Source: the human T2T-CHM13v2.0 reference genome, Homo sapiens. From it: a stretch of 64,000 nucleotides of DNA. The DNA lies in the NCBI RefSeq assembly GCF_009914755.1, contig NC_060939.1. One strand, 5' to 3'. Position 1 is the stretch's first letter, and the number at the start of each line of letters is the position of its first letter. Of the stretch, positions 26,544 to 44,204 are shown one piece after another. The position numbers and the translations under genes were made by a program. Under the pieces are notes generated by a model, which ran no database searches, was not told the DNA's origin, and saw nothing but the letters and a program-made list of their open reading frames with translations.

Positions 26544-27445
26544 TAGAAGAAGGTAGTCATCAATACCAACTACGACCACATGACCAGCTGCAGAAACGAG
26601 GACTGTTTAACTGTCATGAGTATTTCCTCCTTTTGTTAAAAACATGTTTGTGCATGTATATACTTGTACTAAGAAAATATCTTCATTTTATTTCCCTTCT
26701 CCTTTATCACGTGACATAAGATTTTATTGATTTCCCATCCGCATTTAAGCATTGTTAACTTTAAGTAATAGTATTTGGGTTGGGGATTGGTGTGTTTCCG
26801 GTTGTATGAAGAATAGTTGCATTATGTTAGGCATAATTATGACCTTATTATTGTCTTTATTTGAAGATTATGTATGACCTCAGGAGATGTGTGTGGGTTC
26901 AAGTTGACAAGAGGTGGACTTGCGATGGTTAATACTGAGTGTCAACTTGATTGGACTGAAGGATGTAAAGTCTTGATACTGGGTGTGTCTGTGAGGGTGT
27001 TGCCAAAGGAGATTAACATTTGAGTCAGTGGGTTGGGGAAGGCAGATGACCCTTAATGTGGGTGGGCATAATCTAATCAGCTGCCAGCACAGCTAGAGTA
27101 TAAGCAGGCAGAAAAATGTGAAAAGAGAGGCTGGTCTAGCCTCCCAGGCTACATCTTTCTCCCGTGCTGGATGCTTCCTGCCCTCAAACATCAGATTCCA
27201 GGTTCTTCAGTTTTGGGACTTGGACAGGCTCTCCTTGCTCCTCAGCTTGCAGACAGCCTGTTGTGGGACTCTGTCACACAATAAACCCATATATATATAT
27301 ATATTCCAAGGACTCTTTCATGTCTTATGTTATATACCCAGGCATTTCCTCTCAACTTTTTATTTTGAAAAATTTCAAGTGTATAGAAAAGATAAAGGAA
27401 TTGAACTATATATATATATATGAGTTTATTAAGTATTAACTTACA

Positions 27446-28470
<1,025 letters not shown>

Positions 28471-28914
28471 TCTGTAATCCATCGAAGGGAGACAACCAGG
28501 TTTATAATGACTATTGCTCAAAATCATGTATAATGTGAAAGACTTAAAGAAGTTTGGAGTTTTTAGCTTGGATATGATGTTCTATAGGTTCAAAAGAGCT
28601 ATTTTGAAATTCTTGGAGGACTGTGCACAGCAGAAGATGTAGATATATCCTGTATAGCTCCAAGGAACAAAATTAGGACTAGAGGTGGGTTTCAAGTCAA
28701 ATGCTAAGCACTCAATGGTCAGGGGTATGGAGAGATGTTTGTTTGTGTAGGAAGTCATAATAGATAGCCTCTAAGGCTCATTTCCACTCTTGAAATTTAA
28801 GCTTCTAATTACATGCCTCCTCCTGTTAATTATTTCTGGGTGTATTAGTCCTATCTCCTTAGCCAGGCTTTAAATTGGAGAAACTGAATGAATAAATAAA
28901 ACACAGTTCTAGAA

Positions 28915-29160
28915 TAGCTTCCAGTCTTAGCTCTGCTAGCACTGAGCTGCTGCCTGACTTCGGGTAAGTCATTTAATGTCCCTGGGCCTCAATTTCTTCA
29001 TCTGAAAAAGAAGGGGATTCTATTCTAACCTCCCACCCAGTGCAACATGAAGATAATAAATGGCAACTTTCATAGTTTTGCTTTAAAAGTCAAATGGAAA
29101 TGAAAATAGATAAAATGGTTAAGATAATGCCTGGCCTATCGTTAGTGCTTTATAAATATG
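28915..29160 (+). mobile_element. MIR SINE
   Basis: gacttcgggtaagtcatttaatgtccctgggcctcaatttcttcatctg...tgcctggc. Confidence 0.65.
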
Positions 29161-32100
29161 AGCTCTCGTTGTCTCTCTATTATGACGTTTCTGATTCTAC
29201 AACTTCCATGTTTACAATAGAATCCTGAGATACTTCAGACCTTCACTTCTTTTGCTCTGCACAGTGATCAGAAAGTGACTCATAATCATCGCTAGTCTAG
29301 GTCTCATCAGGTGACCAGGAGTCCACCATGACCTTGTACAGCGCAAGCCCTTGATAAATGATTCAATTAAATTCAAAAGGGCTTGGGCAGCAAAAAGTGT
29401 CCTCTTGCTCCATGCCCAGCAGAGGGAGCAGAAGAAAAGGAACAAATCCTTTCTCAGCTATGTACTAAACACAAAGGAAGACAGAAGGCTGAGGGCTTCT
29501 AGAGGTCTCCTTATCCACCCACCCCTCTCCCCTCATTTTGTACATTGTGAAACTGAGACCAAGAGAGGAAAGGGGATTTCTCAACGTTACCAACCAATAA
29601 GCGGTAAGACCCTCAGAAAGACAAGCCATGTTTTCAGGCCCAGGTCTGGGGCCTTTGACCCATGGTTGTTCAATGCTATCATGTTGATTTCTTTCTTTTC
29701 AAGGAAATCAGCCGTGGGTAACCGCAACCTCACCATTCTCTTTTGCCCCAGTTCTCTGAGGGCTTTGGATTTGAATTCGGCTCTGCTGCTAACTTGGGCA
29801 AGTTCCATAGCCTCTCCAAGATTCAGAGACATATTTTTTAAGTAATTATAATAATTTTATTTATCGTAAAATTTGGAAGGAATAAATAAAATGATGTAAT
29901 GTAAAACTCCTTGTAAGGCATCCTGAGTGCATGAGTTGCCATAATAGATGTAAATACCTATCCTTGTCAAAAAAGAAATCGTTTCACCAAAATGAATTGA
30001 AACTCTATGACACAGGTCTCAAACTCAGAGGCTGCTGGGAGCCAGCCATTTAAATAAAGCCGTCTGGATATACAACAGGGACTTCTAAGGGTGGCAGCAA
30101 ACTGCAGAGCTCACAGCCATGGGAGATAAGCAACGTTTAACAGGAGAAAATTCAAGCCCAGGGTTGCCAGATCTTCCCAGAGAAGTTGGAAATCAGGGAT
30201 TTCATGTGCAAATTTCTTATTTTTAAAAATATTATACAGATGAAATAAAACCCAGGCCAGCAGCTTGTTATGCCTGCTTTTAAAAAGCTAATTTTAGAGT
30301 TCCATATGCAGAGACACACACCATACTACAAATGAGAAACTCAGCCCCATAAATTCAGGAGAAGAGATGATGTCTGTCATTTGGAGGGAATGTGCCAATA
30401 ATATCAACCCACAGACTTGTTTTTCTAAAAGGCCCTTACTCAGCAAATACATTGAACCTCTGGGGCTTATGTTGCAATCTCTGGAATATCCTCCAACTTT
30501 CCTTGATGACTTTTGATTTCCTGCCCGTTCCGTGCCTAGTACCATTTAAGTTGCTGTAGTCTTCCAGCTTGACTGTAAATTATACATTCCACATTGATAT
30601 GCTTTTTCTCTAAAAGGTAGAAAATAACATTTTACAATTTTATATATAACATTCATTTTTATTTAACAGCTACCTTCATTAGATATTCACTGAAAAGAGG
30701 TCCATTATAAGCAACAGCTAGATGGGGGACAGGGCTGACTGTCTAGAATTTTTTATACCAAGCTTTCCAACACACATTAAGAATAAAAATCCTTTTGTTC
30801 CAGTCAAAGAAGGAAAATAAACTGTAGGTACATCAGAAAAGGAAAAAGAAAATGCAATGTTAAATGAAAACACAAAAAGGGGGTGGGGGAAGGACGGATT
30901 CGGAGAAAAAAAGCAGAAAAGTTAAATCCAACCTTGAGGATTTCTCGGTTATTTTTACTTCTCTACCTAGGAAGGCTTAAGCCCCTTAATTTATGCTTGA
31001 TTTCCATTGAGCATCTCCACCACTAGTTCCCTTTCTTTGAGGGGAAAAGGACCCAATAGGAAACACGCTTACTTTTCATTGTTTAACTACCTTGCAAAAT
31101 GTTCTCGTGCAAACTCAGCATGGTGGTTTAATTTATAGGTTGGTGTGTTTAAAGCTACCCTTTTGCAGAAGGCACTACCCCGTTGGAGATTGGAGAAGTT
31201 ACTGCCCGGAGTATAACCTTTCATTTGAAACTAAGGTTTCCAATTAGCATGGCCAAGATATGATTGTGTTGAGTTACTGTTGTTGTGATTGTTTTCAATA
31301 ATTCCAGGAAGCCTTTTAAAAATCAGCCCGAGAATATTAAGGAACATGACTGATGGAGTGACATGGCCAGGTCAGTGAGGGTGGTGCTGTGTTAAAGAAA
31401 CAGTGAGACAGTGTAGCCCAGGAAGTCGAGGTGGGAGATGGAGTGAGAGGGAGCGTGAGAGCGCAGGGCTTCCTGTAGTCCCCAAGCTCAGGCCTAATGA
31501 GAAGGAGCAACCATGATCCTGAGGAGAGTATCAGGGATCAATCAACTTCAGGCCCCTGCCTCCCCCAGTCCTTCAGATAGGGAAAAGCCAGTGTGGCATG
31601 AGAAGGAAATAAAAACTGAGGTTAATTTTCATGAGAGCAAAGAGCAGTGAATATAACACCAGAGGCTGCGCTCTGTTATGTTCTAACTCTGTGGCCTTGA
31701 GTAAGCTCTATAATCTCTTTGAATTTTAATTTTACAATTCATAAAATGAAAAATTTATAAGATAAAAACCCAAGGACTCTCCTGTGTCTTATGTTATATA
31801 GCCAGGCATTTTCCCTCAACTTTTTATTTTGAAAAATTTCAAGTCTATAGAAAAGATAAAGGAATTCAGCTAACAATATGCCTTTCTCCTAGATTCACCA
31901 AGTTTTAACATTTTACCTTATTTGCTTCCTCCTTTGTCTCTGTTGCTGACTATCTATCAGTCTATCAATCTATCCATCTACCTATCTACCTACCTACCTA
32001 TCTATCTACCTACAGAGGAAATACAGGAGGAATAAAATATATATATTATTATTTGTTAAATTACTTAGAGTACGTTGCAGACATTCATGGCATTTAGTCA

Positions 32101-32871
32101 CTACTTCACCACGCATTGCCTAAGAATAAGGAGGTTCTTCTATGTAACCACAATATCATAATCACATCTAAGAAAATGACAATGATTCCATATGACCTAA
32201 TATTCAGTTCATATTTATATTTCTAAAATTATGCCAAATTCTTGCACTTGTGTTTTTAGCCTTTTAAAGCTTTTATTGTTTTAAAATATTAAAAAAGATA
32301 CTTTTTCTTTTTTAAAAATTTATTTACGTTGACTTTTTAAAGGAGTCCAGTTATTTCATAGAATGTTCCACACATTCTAGATGAAGCTGATTGTTTCCTC
32401 TTGGTGTTTGTTTTGTAATCTGTTCCTCTATCCCTATATTTTCTGTGCCCTGAAAATTAGGTCTGGCAAGTTGATTAGATTCAAGTTAAACATCTCTGGC
32501 AAGAACACTGCATTGTCCATTTTGTTACTTAATGTTGAATCATACTAGGGTAGCCACTTAATGTCATAAGAGCGTCCCAGTATAAGTGATGCTAAGTTTG
32601 ATCCCTTGGTTAAGGTGGTGATGGCCAGAGGTCTCCACAGAGTAAAAGTACATTTTCCCCTCCTTTATCATCAGTAGTCTGTGAGGTAGTACTTTGGTAC
32701 CATATGAACTGACTTTTCTCCAAAATGTCACCCAACTGTTTTAGTAACAATTAAAGATCCTTACCTGAGTCCATCATTGTATTAGGACTGTATCCTTCTT
32801 CCCATATTTATTAGCTAACATTCTTCTGTAAAGATGAGCTTTCCTTTTATTCTGTTTCTTCTCTACTTTCA

Positions 32872-32905
<34 letters not shown>

Positions 32906-33071
32906 TTCTCCCTCTCTCTCTACATCATATTACCATGGTCTCATACATTTCTTTTTTATTTAATGTGTTAAAGTTGCTTACTTTGTTTTTTTAATGTTCA
33001 AACTGTCCCAAATTTGGCTAAAGGGAGGCCCTTCAAAATGAATCCTGTATCCTTCTTATAAGAATGTATTA

Positions 33072-33377
33072 GGCCGGGCGCGGTGGCTCATGCCTACAAT
33101 CCCAGCATTTTGGGAGGCCGAGGCAGGCGGATCACAAGGTCAGGAGATCGAGACAATCCTGGCTAACACGGTGAAACCCCGTCTCTACTAAAAATACAAA
33201 AAATTAGCCGGGTGTGGTGGCGGGCGCCTGTAGTCCCAGCTACTCAGGAGGCCGAGTTGGGAGAATGGCGTGAACCCAGGAGGCGGAGCTTGCAGTGAGC
33301 CGAGATCACGCCACTGCACTTGAGCCTGGGTGACAGAGTGAGACTCTGTCTCAAAAAAAAAAAAAAAAAAAAAAAAA
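33072..33377 (+). mobile_element. AluY
   Basis: ggccgggcgcggtggctca...atcctggctaacacggtgaaacccc; TSD aagaaTGtatta / aagaaCAtatta (both readable as decay of one CpG). Confidence 0.95.
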
Positions 33378-33477
33378 GAAGAACATATTAGTTTTTGAGT
33401 TTCTCCTTGATTTCTGGCACCATAAAACGTTTCTGATTCATTTTATATTTTTTTTCTCAGATCTGGATTAAGCCATT

Positions 33478-33885
33478 TGTATTAGTCTGTTCTTGAATTT
33501 CTATAAAGAAATACCTGAGACCTGGTAATTTATAAAGAAAAGAGGTTTAATTGGCTCACGGTTCCACAGGTTTTACAGGAAGCATGGTACTGGCATCTGC
33601 CCAGCCTCAGGAAACTTATAAACATGGCAGAAGCAGAAGGGGGAGCAGGCACTTCGCACAGGTGGAGCAGGAGAGAGAGAGAGGGAGGAGGTGCCACACG
33701 CTTTCAAACAACCAGATCTCACAAGAATTCACTACCACAAGAACAGCACCAGGGGGATGGCGCTAAAACATTCATGAGAAATCCACCCCCATGATCCAAT
33801 CACCTCTCACCATGTCCCACCTCCAAAGCAGGGCATTACAATTTGACATGAGATTTGGGTGGGGTCACAGATCCAAACCACATCA
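33478..33885 (-). mobile_element. MSTA/MSTB-like MaLR solo LTR
   Basis: tgtattagtc...gatccaaaccacatca; TSD CCATT at 33473-33477 and 33886-33890. Confidence 0.9.
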
Positions 33886-34067
33886 CCATTCTCCAAGGAG
33901 TCCTGTTCCTTTGCAATGGAGAGTAGTATTTACAACAAGATCTAGACAGTAAGTACGTTCATTGCAGCTAGGTGTCACTACTTGTTAGGCCATTCAAGTG
34001 GGCAAAGCAAGGAAATATATGTGCTCAAGACTCATATATTCAAATTTAATGTAAAACTTTTTTTATC

Positions 34068-34327
34068 TTTTTTTTTTTTTTTGAGACAGAGTCTCGCTCA
34101 GTGCAATCTCAGCTCACTGCAACTTCCGCCTCCTGGGTTCAAGCAATTATCCTGCCTCAGTCTCCCAAGTAGCTGGGACTACAGGTCCATGCCACCACAA
34201 CCAGCTAATTTTTGCATTTTTTAGTAGAGACCGGGTTTCATCATATTGGCCAGGCTGGTCTCAAACTCCTGACCTCATGATCCACCCGCCTCGGCCTCCC
34301 AGTAGGCGTGAGCCACCACACCAGGCC
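34068..34327 (-). mobile_element. AluS with internal deletions
   Basis: Reverse Alu lacking two short segments. Confidence 0.88.
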
Positions 34328-34600
34328 AACTTACTGTATTTTCAAATTTTATTTTCCATTACAGTAAAGTCTTGATTCCCAATAATGTTACTACGCCTAC
34401 TATTTGCTTTATCATTATAATAGTCATATAACAGTTTAAAATTAAATACTACCATTCCTAAAAACCAATAAATATACCACATAAAGCTTTAGCTGCCTTT
34501 GAAAGTCTTCTTCTTAGAATATATTCCACTGAGGGATAGTCAGCCAGAGTCCTGATATCAAAATGTATTTGAATCAATTATTTTTTCTGTGTGGTTATTT

Positions 34601-37305
<2,705 letters not shown>

Positions 37306-37512
37306 GTGGTTATTTCATCAAAACAATATACAGCTTCATTTTGTGAACTGTATTCCAATTTTAGATTTTGCTTCTTCCTATCCTTTTTAATTTTAATATT
37401 TAATTTTCCAAGTATATAAGACATTCACACACTGCCACCCCTGTTCCCTCCAACCCAGTTCCAATCCTCCCCTTTAAAGGTTTTATAATCCTTTTTGTAT
37501 TTCTTTCTTTCT

Positions 37513-37516
<4 letters not shown>

Positions 37517-37555
<39 letters not shown>
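37517..37555. repeat. (CA)n microsatellite
   Basis: Direct reading. Confidence 0.95.
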
Positions 37556-37557
<2 letters not shown>

Positions 37558-37876
37558 TTTTCCTTCTTTTTGGAGAGAGGATATTCTAATATATGCTTTT
37601 TGTACCTTGCTTCTTTTATTTAACAATATATCCTAAAAATTATTCCAAATCCACTCATAGAGATTTTCCTCATTCTTTTTCACATTTCACCAGGTATTTT
37701 TAAATGCATATTTATTACAAAATAACACAAAATAAGACTTCAGGAAGACAGTAAGTGCCTGACATTATAATAGAAGATTTTAAAGTTGGAAATAGACTTA
37801 AGGATCAAATGGGCCAATATTTCTACTTTATAATTGTAGAATCAGAGGCTGAGAAGGGGGAAATGACTTGGCCCAT

Positions 37877-38267
37877 GCAGTGGATGCTGGATTGTGTTGC
37901 CCAGATTGCTTCAGGACTAAAAGCCTAATCCCAGCTGCTAGAGATGTTGCTGGCACTCCCTGCTGTGGTATTGCCCTATGTTGGGAAGAGCTGCCTCAAC
38001 AAAGATCCCACCCCTCCCAGCTGGCATCCAAAGACAGGCTACCATGGGTGCAGTCCAGTCACCTTGTCCCAACTCAGGACAGCTGTATAGGGCCACCACA
38101 GCTCTAGAGTGACCCCATGTGGTTAGCTGAGCCCCGTGGTGACAGCATCGTAGCCCAACTTCTCCTCTGTCCAGTCCTGCTTTCTTCCTTCAGGGTATTA
38201 ATCCTATTAATCCTCCTGAACCTTGATCTCCAATTCAGGGTCTGCCACCTGGGGCCCAACCTGAGAC
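37877..38267 (+). mobile_element. LTR16-like ERVL solo LTR
   Basis: tgcagtggatgctg...cccagattgcttcaggact...cccaacttctcctctgtccagtcctgc...cccaacctgagac. Confidence 0.6.
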
Positions 38268-41095
38268 CCCCCCAGAGTCATCCATTTTACTATTAGTAGA
38301 ATTAAAAACTGACACCAAATCTTCTGACAATAAATTTACTAGTTGCACTGTATCATATTGCCTTTCAGATCCTTATCAATTTCCTTAAGTGTTAAGAACA
38401 CTGAGGCCACTATTCAAATTTCCTCCTGGGGCAAAACGTCTCTATCTTTAAAGTTACTTGGCATCAAAGATAGTATTCTAGTTTTATTTAAAATACAATG
38501 TATTTAAAACACAACACATTGTGTTTTAAATAAAACAAACTAGAATATCCACTAAAATCTCTTCAGCGTTTGAATCTGGATAAAATTGATATGAAGTCCT
38601 AGTCCACGCTCTGTGGAAATTCAAAGCTTTCTGCAAGATTTCTGTAAATTTCCCCAAAAGCTTATATTCTTAAAACAGTTCTTACTCTGTCTCCTGCTTC
38701 CAAATGTACTGTCTAGCACATAGTAGGTGCTCAGTAAATATTTATTGTTAGCCAAGTGCCTCTTTTCCTTTCTCCTGGGAATAGTGGCCTCTTTGGGGAA
38801 ACAATTTCTTTTCCCAGCATCTCAATACTAAAACAAGGGTTCCAAAACAGAGTATTTCTCTTTTTTACATGCAAATATTTTAGCATCAGTGATTGGCCCA
38901 GGGTTGAACACATAACCCAATTCAAGCCAATCAGTATCTCTTCCAGTGACTAAAGATTAGAACTAAGGGGAAAAGATCTTTTCGTGTCTGGCAGCAAAGC
39001 TCCGAGGTTAAGAGCCTGGAAGCTGCTGGTGGCCACATCCCTGTTGAGTAGAGAAAGTTCATCTGTCAAGGAAAAAATAAAGCCCACACATAATGATCAA
39101 GAGAGGAATCTGATGGTGTTTCAGTCCTACATAGCATAGTCTCTGAGCCAGCTCCACCTTCCCACAGTGTGAGCTGAAAAATGACATCACTGTCAGAGAA
39201 GCAGGCTAAATTACTTCCCCACAAGATGGAGCTGATGATAAGTGGCAATAATTGTAGTGGAAAAGGAATGTAGAATTAGAAAATAACACCAATCACAAAA
39301 ACAAGTCAAAAGCTGTACACATAAAAAGGCAAAGAGAGAGTGACAGATTAAGAAGGTGAACAATGTTGCACAGTCCATTTGTGAACTGTTAAAAATGTAG
39401 CCTCTCCCTGGAAAACCCTTGCCCTTTGTCCATCAGCAACTCCTGTGATTCCAAAAAAGGCCATGTCTCTCCTCCAGAGGAAAACTTACTTGTGGCCCTT
39501 ATCTAACCTCCCTCCCTACACATCTCTGTAAGTCCAATGTAGAACATGGGTTTGAGGTAGACTTCATTTGCTAAATACTTATCAAGAAGGCTTCAAAAAG
39601 CTGGTAGGGTTTTTAGTATCCATGTCACACAGAACAACGCCATTTGGTCTGGAAGAATGGCCTCAAGTTGGCTGTCTACATTAGTCAGCATCATCAAGCA
39701 ATCACTGAATCTCCAGCGGCCTACCCCAAGACTTTGGGAAGTGGAGGTTTTGTCTTTTGCAAAGGATTGATCCTCCTTTCTCTTTCTTTTTCTAGAAAGA
39801 GGAGAAAGATTTATCCTAGCATTAAGTTCCAGAGGAAAACTATTTTTGCTTCAGTGGAACTGAATGATTTGTAAAATCATTCCTCCTTTCAGGTTCTAGG
39901 TAGAATCACGTGCTCAAAATGATGCAATAGATGGAATTTATGCGAGCCAACCGTCTAACATTGTCCCCCTCCCCTCAATACACATACACACTTAGTCTTA
40001 TAGGGGTGCTGTTCCAAAAAGGCCTCACCAAAAGCCCCCTCATACTCAGGTCTGCCTATGCAGTTTATACAGAGGAAGGGTCTTTTGGGAACCCTGCCCA
40101 GGTTCTTCTGGACAAAAGGCATAAATAACTCCAACTGGGTAGGTGACTGCTGGGGTCTGTAACATGGGCATTTTCCCAGTGATGAGGCTTTGAAATCCTC
40201 CAGGGTTTGAGACAAAATGTTAACTCTGTTGACTACAGGAAAATGATAAAGAAACAGCAAACACCACTTTAACACCAAAAGCTAGATTGTAATATGAATT
40301 TTCAAAATTCTAATTCTCTAAGCTTCCACTCCTGCATCCACAAAATGAAGAACAACAAGACCTACTTCACGCAGTGTCGTGCTCAGGCAATGTTGAGTAA
40401 GTGAATCACTGAGCTAATTAATTTGCTAAATAAATGCATCAGTGTTCTTGGTTGCAAACAATGGAAACTCAATACAACTAACTTAAGCAGAAAAAGCATC
40501 TGTGGTCAAGGCCCCTGGGGGCTCACAGAATTGGCCAGGAAGCAGAAAAGCCAGTGCATGATTGTGGGATGGAACCCAAGCAGGAAACACAGCCAAGGTC
40601 TTGGCACAGCAGCAGCCAGTCAGGACACAGCTGTCATCCCCCAGTGCTCACACACTGCCCAGCTAGAGGCCTGTCCCTGACCCACCCCCAGACATGTCCC
40701 TTGCTGCTGGGCTGTCCACTCACCTAGTGCAACTCCCCTGCCAAAGAAAATAGAAATGGGTCTCGTTCTGTGTGCCTGAGTCTCCTGGCTTCACCACTTA
40801 ATGTTTAAAAAAAATGTATAAATGTAACAATGTGGAGAAATTACCGCAATTTTAAAATAGCCATTTCTTTCACAACCAGAGCAATTAATTTCAAGTTTAG
40901 TTTATACTTGCTTCTGCCAAGGAGTTGGGCCCTTATACAGGTTAAAACTGAGTCCAAAAAAGAAAAAAATGCTAGATGGATGGATGGATGGAGGCTTGGA
41001 TAGGTACATAGGTAGATAAATAATACAATAGAAAAAGCAAAAACAAAACCCCAAAAAACAGCTACAGGGAAATACGTCTCAAGCACTTGACTTGA

Positions 41096-41489
<394 letters not shown>

Positions 41490-44185
41490 TAATTTTAATT
41501 TTATTTTTCACACCAAAATTTTATCTATAGGGACAAAATGTTTTCTGGCAATAATCTCATGCAAAAAAAAATTTCCATTTGAATTTCATATGAAAGGTGT
41601 TACATGAGATAGTAGACAGTACTACCAGTTATGGTTTCACTAACACAGAAAGGATAAACCTCGTGTGAAATATTTTCTGGAGGCAAACTCTGTCTCAGAA
41701 ATGTTTCTGCCATGCACGCTGGAAATGGGGCCCGGGTGCTTTGGCTCCTGTGCTGTAGTTTCTACCCCAGATACGACCTGAAGAATCTGGATGTGCTTCT
41801 AGCAGATGCTGCCAATGGGCCTCCCCTTTCCAACATCAGATGTGTCAAAGTAAAGTGTTGGCACCGGCTAAGCCTCCAAGAATGTTTGAACAAATCTAAC
41901 ACATACCTGCAGCACTGCAGGTCCTTGTCATCAGGTGCAGTGATGGGTTAGGCCTTAGATTCCAGATAGGAGGAGGTAGACTGGCATTTTGTTCTGGAAG
42001 GTTTCAAACCCTATGTGTGCTCTTGCCCAGACAGTAGCCTGGGCCTTGGCAACAGGAGGAGAACCTGCAAATGGAAATGCTTTTTAAATGTATTTGTTTT
42101 TCTTTTTCTGAAAGAAATTCAGAAGCTGCTCAAACTCCAGTGCAGTCATGGAGCCTCCATTACCTGGGAGGCAGCCTCCAAGCAGCATGCAGCCTTGTCA
42201 GAAACTGCACCGCCAAGGGTGAGAATGGCATTAGAAGCAAAGAGGTAAATTCTAAACTGTTACTTTATACAGAAGAGAGTTGGGGAGGCTATCAGAACCT
42301 AAAAACAGCACTGAATTTGAATGCTTACAAAAACACCGCCAAAGGGCTAAAAAACCTCCACTTCATTTCAAAAGAAGACTGGAGACAGGTTTCCCCCCCA
42401 TTTTAGTAAGAAATTAAGATGAAGACAAAAATAATGTTAGGTCGGTCAGATGAAATGTGGCATCAGACTGGGTTTTCCAGAAATGCATGCCACATGAGCC
42501 TGCAGGAGCCAGAGTAGCTCTGCAAGAAAATTAACTGACTGTCTGCCTCTGTGCAGAAGATTGGAGAAGGGCCTGACCCAGCGGAAGAAGGAATGATCAC
42601 GGCCTCAGGACCACACAGTGTCTGCCTCTCTTGGAAAGGCCCACATTTGGCCGCTCCATTCTCCACTGACTGATCTATACTTCCTCAGGAATCAGCTCTG
42701 AGAGCCCCCTGGGGATGCTCTGCCAGCTGCAGCTCACCCTTCCCCACACTCAGCCACCCCTCCCCAAGGTCCCTCTGTGGAGGGAAAAAGGCTTTGCCTC
42801 TCCTAGAGGGAACATCACCAAGGCAGATGGAATAGCTCATAACAAGGTCCATGTGCAACCCCTCACCTTTGTGTGTGTGAACATAGGGCAGAGGTAGGAG
42901 GAGAGGGGAGGGATAAAGGAAGACAAGACTCTCCTTGCCCTAGAACCAGATATTTGCTAAATCTAGACCTGAAGGTAAAATTACTTTGCTCCTATCAGAG
43001 GACGTAGTTAGAGGGTGGGAAGAGGGGAGGGCCACCCTTCTTCTCCCCCCACACCCTTGCTTCTCCCATTTCCCTTAATTCTACCGGTTCCCTCTGTGAC
43101 AACACTCCTGGGTGACAGGCTCTGGATCCCATCCCCACCCCAGAGAATCCCACACCCAGTCTAGGCCAGGTGCCTGTTCTACTCTGGTGCAGGCTGCTTT
43201 AGCCACTGTTGGGGAAGGGAAAAGCTGGGCGTGTGGAGAGTGAGGGTTGGGGGCTTGCAAGGGGTCCTGGCAAGTGAGAAGACCAGTGGGCTCAGAGGGA
43301 ATTAGAATTCCGTGATATATTCCAAGGAAACTCAGGCCTAGGATCTAAATGGAGAATGGAATGCAGCCAGGGGCTGGGAAGTATGAACTGGAATCTTTGC
43401 CTTCAATTTGCACATGATAACAATGCCCCTGAGACTAACATCTGGATAACAGAGCACTTGTACACACAGCATCTTGTTTGACTCTTATACCCACCTGGTA
43501 ACATATAATTATGATCTCAATTTTACAGACCAGGAAAGCTAGCCCTAGGGAAGTGAAATGACTTTCCCCAAAGAAGCAGCAATAAGTGGGCTTTGAGTCT
43601 TCTGATCCCAGAGTATGTTGATGATAAAATAACTCATGAACTTTAGCAATTATTTCAGAATTCTCATGCTGCGGAATTAACAAAATAAAAAGAAAATAAA
43701 GAATATATAAGAAAAAAAGATGTACCTATGTAAAAGCAACCCCACTTACATCCCCTAGTGTGAACTCCTAATCCTTGGGCCTAAAAATTGTGGAACTCGG
43801 TATGATAATGGACATGATGAATTGTGTCTGATTAATAAATTTCTTACAAGTTTTATTTATTATAACCTAAAAAAATCTATACACATGATATTTTCACACG
43901 TCATGTTCTTCATGGTATCTGCTTACAATAGTTGCATATTCTCTAAGGGACTGCAGTATTCAATTATTTTATTAGGTTCATAATACTTCACAAGATAAAG
44001 CATAAAGCAAATATAAAGAGATGGTTTTTGCTCCAAATTGATGCTGAATTCTAAATAAGGACGATAGTATGTGACAAATTAATATCTTTATAATTTGGCT
44101 TGTAAGATACAATTCCCAAAAGTGAGGCTCTTACCACACACAAAAATATGGAGACGGGAGGGAGGAACCCGACTTAATTTAGGTA

Positions 44186-44204
44186 CACTGCCACCAGGTG
44201 GAGG
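44186..44204 (-). promoter_or_regulatory. Candidate CTCF site
   Basis: Minus strand CCTCCACCTGGTGGCAGTG versus core CCASYAGRKGGCRS. Confidence 0.55.

Larger units (their letters stand above)
23668..26920 (+). mobile_element. HERV-L internal region, internally deleted
   Basis: Starts gattttggtaccaggagtggttctagaggaacag. Protease LLDTGSEL near 24175, RT, RNase H region, dUTPase, PPT aagaggtggact before 26921. Most of gag and integrase appear deleted (junctions near 23845 and 25860). Confidence 0.92.
31815..34590 (-). mobile_element. Ancient L1M fragments, interrupted by Alu and MST elements
   Basis: tttttattttgaaaaatttcaag reverse 3' end; taaccacaatatcat; aactgtcccaaatttggc. Confidence 0.55.

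Noticed and set aside
29351-29845. 164-aa ORF
   Set aside because: Non-ATG start, runs across MIR relics, no recognisable protein.
30300-31350. Repeat-poor stretch that might be a conserved non-coding element or an exon of a spanning transcript
   Set aside because: No sequence-only evidence; needs conservation and RNA data.
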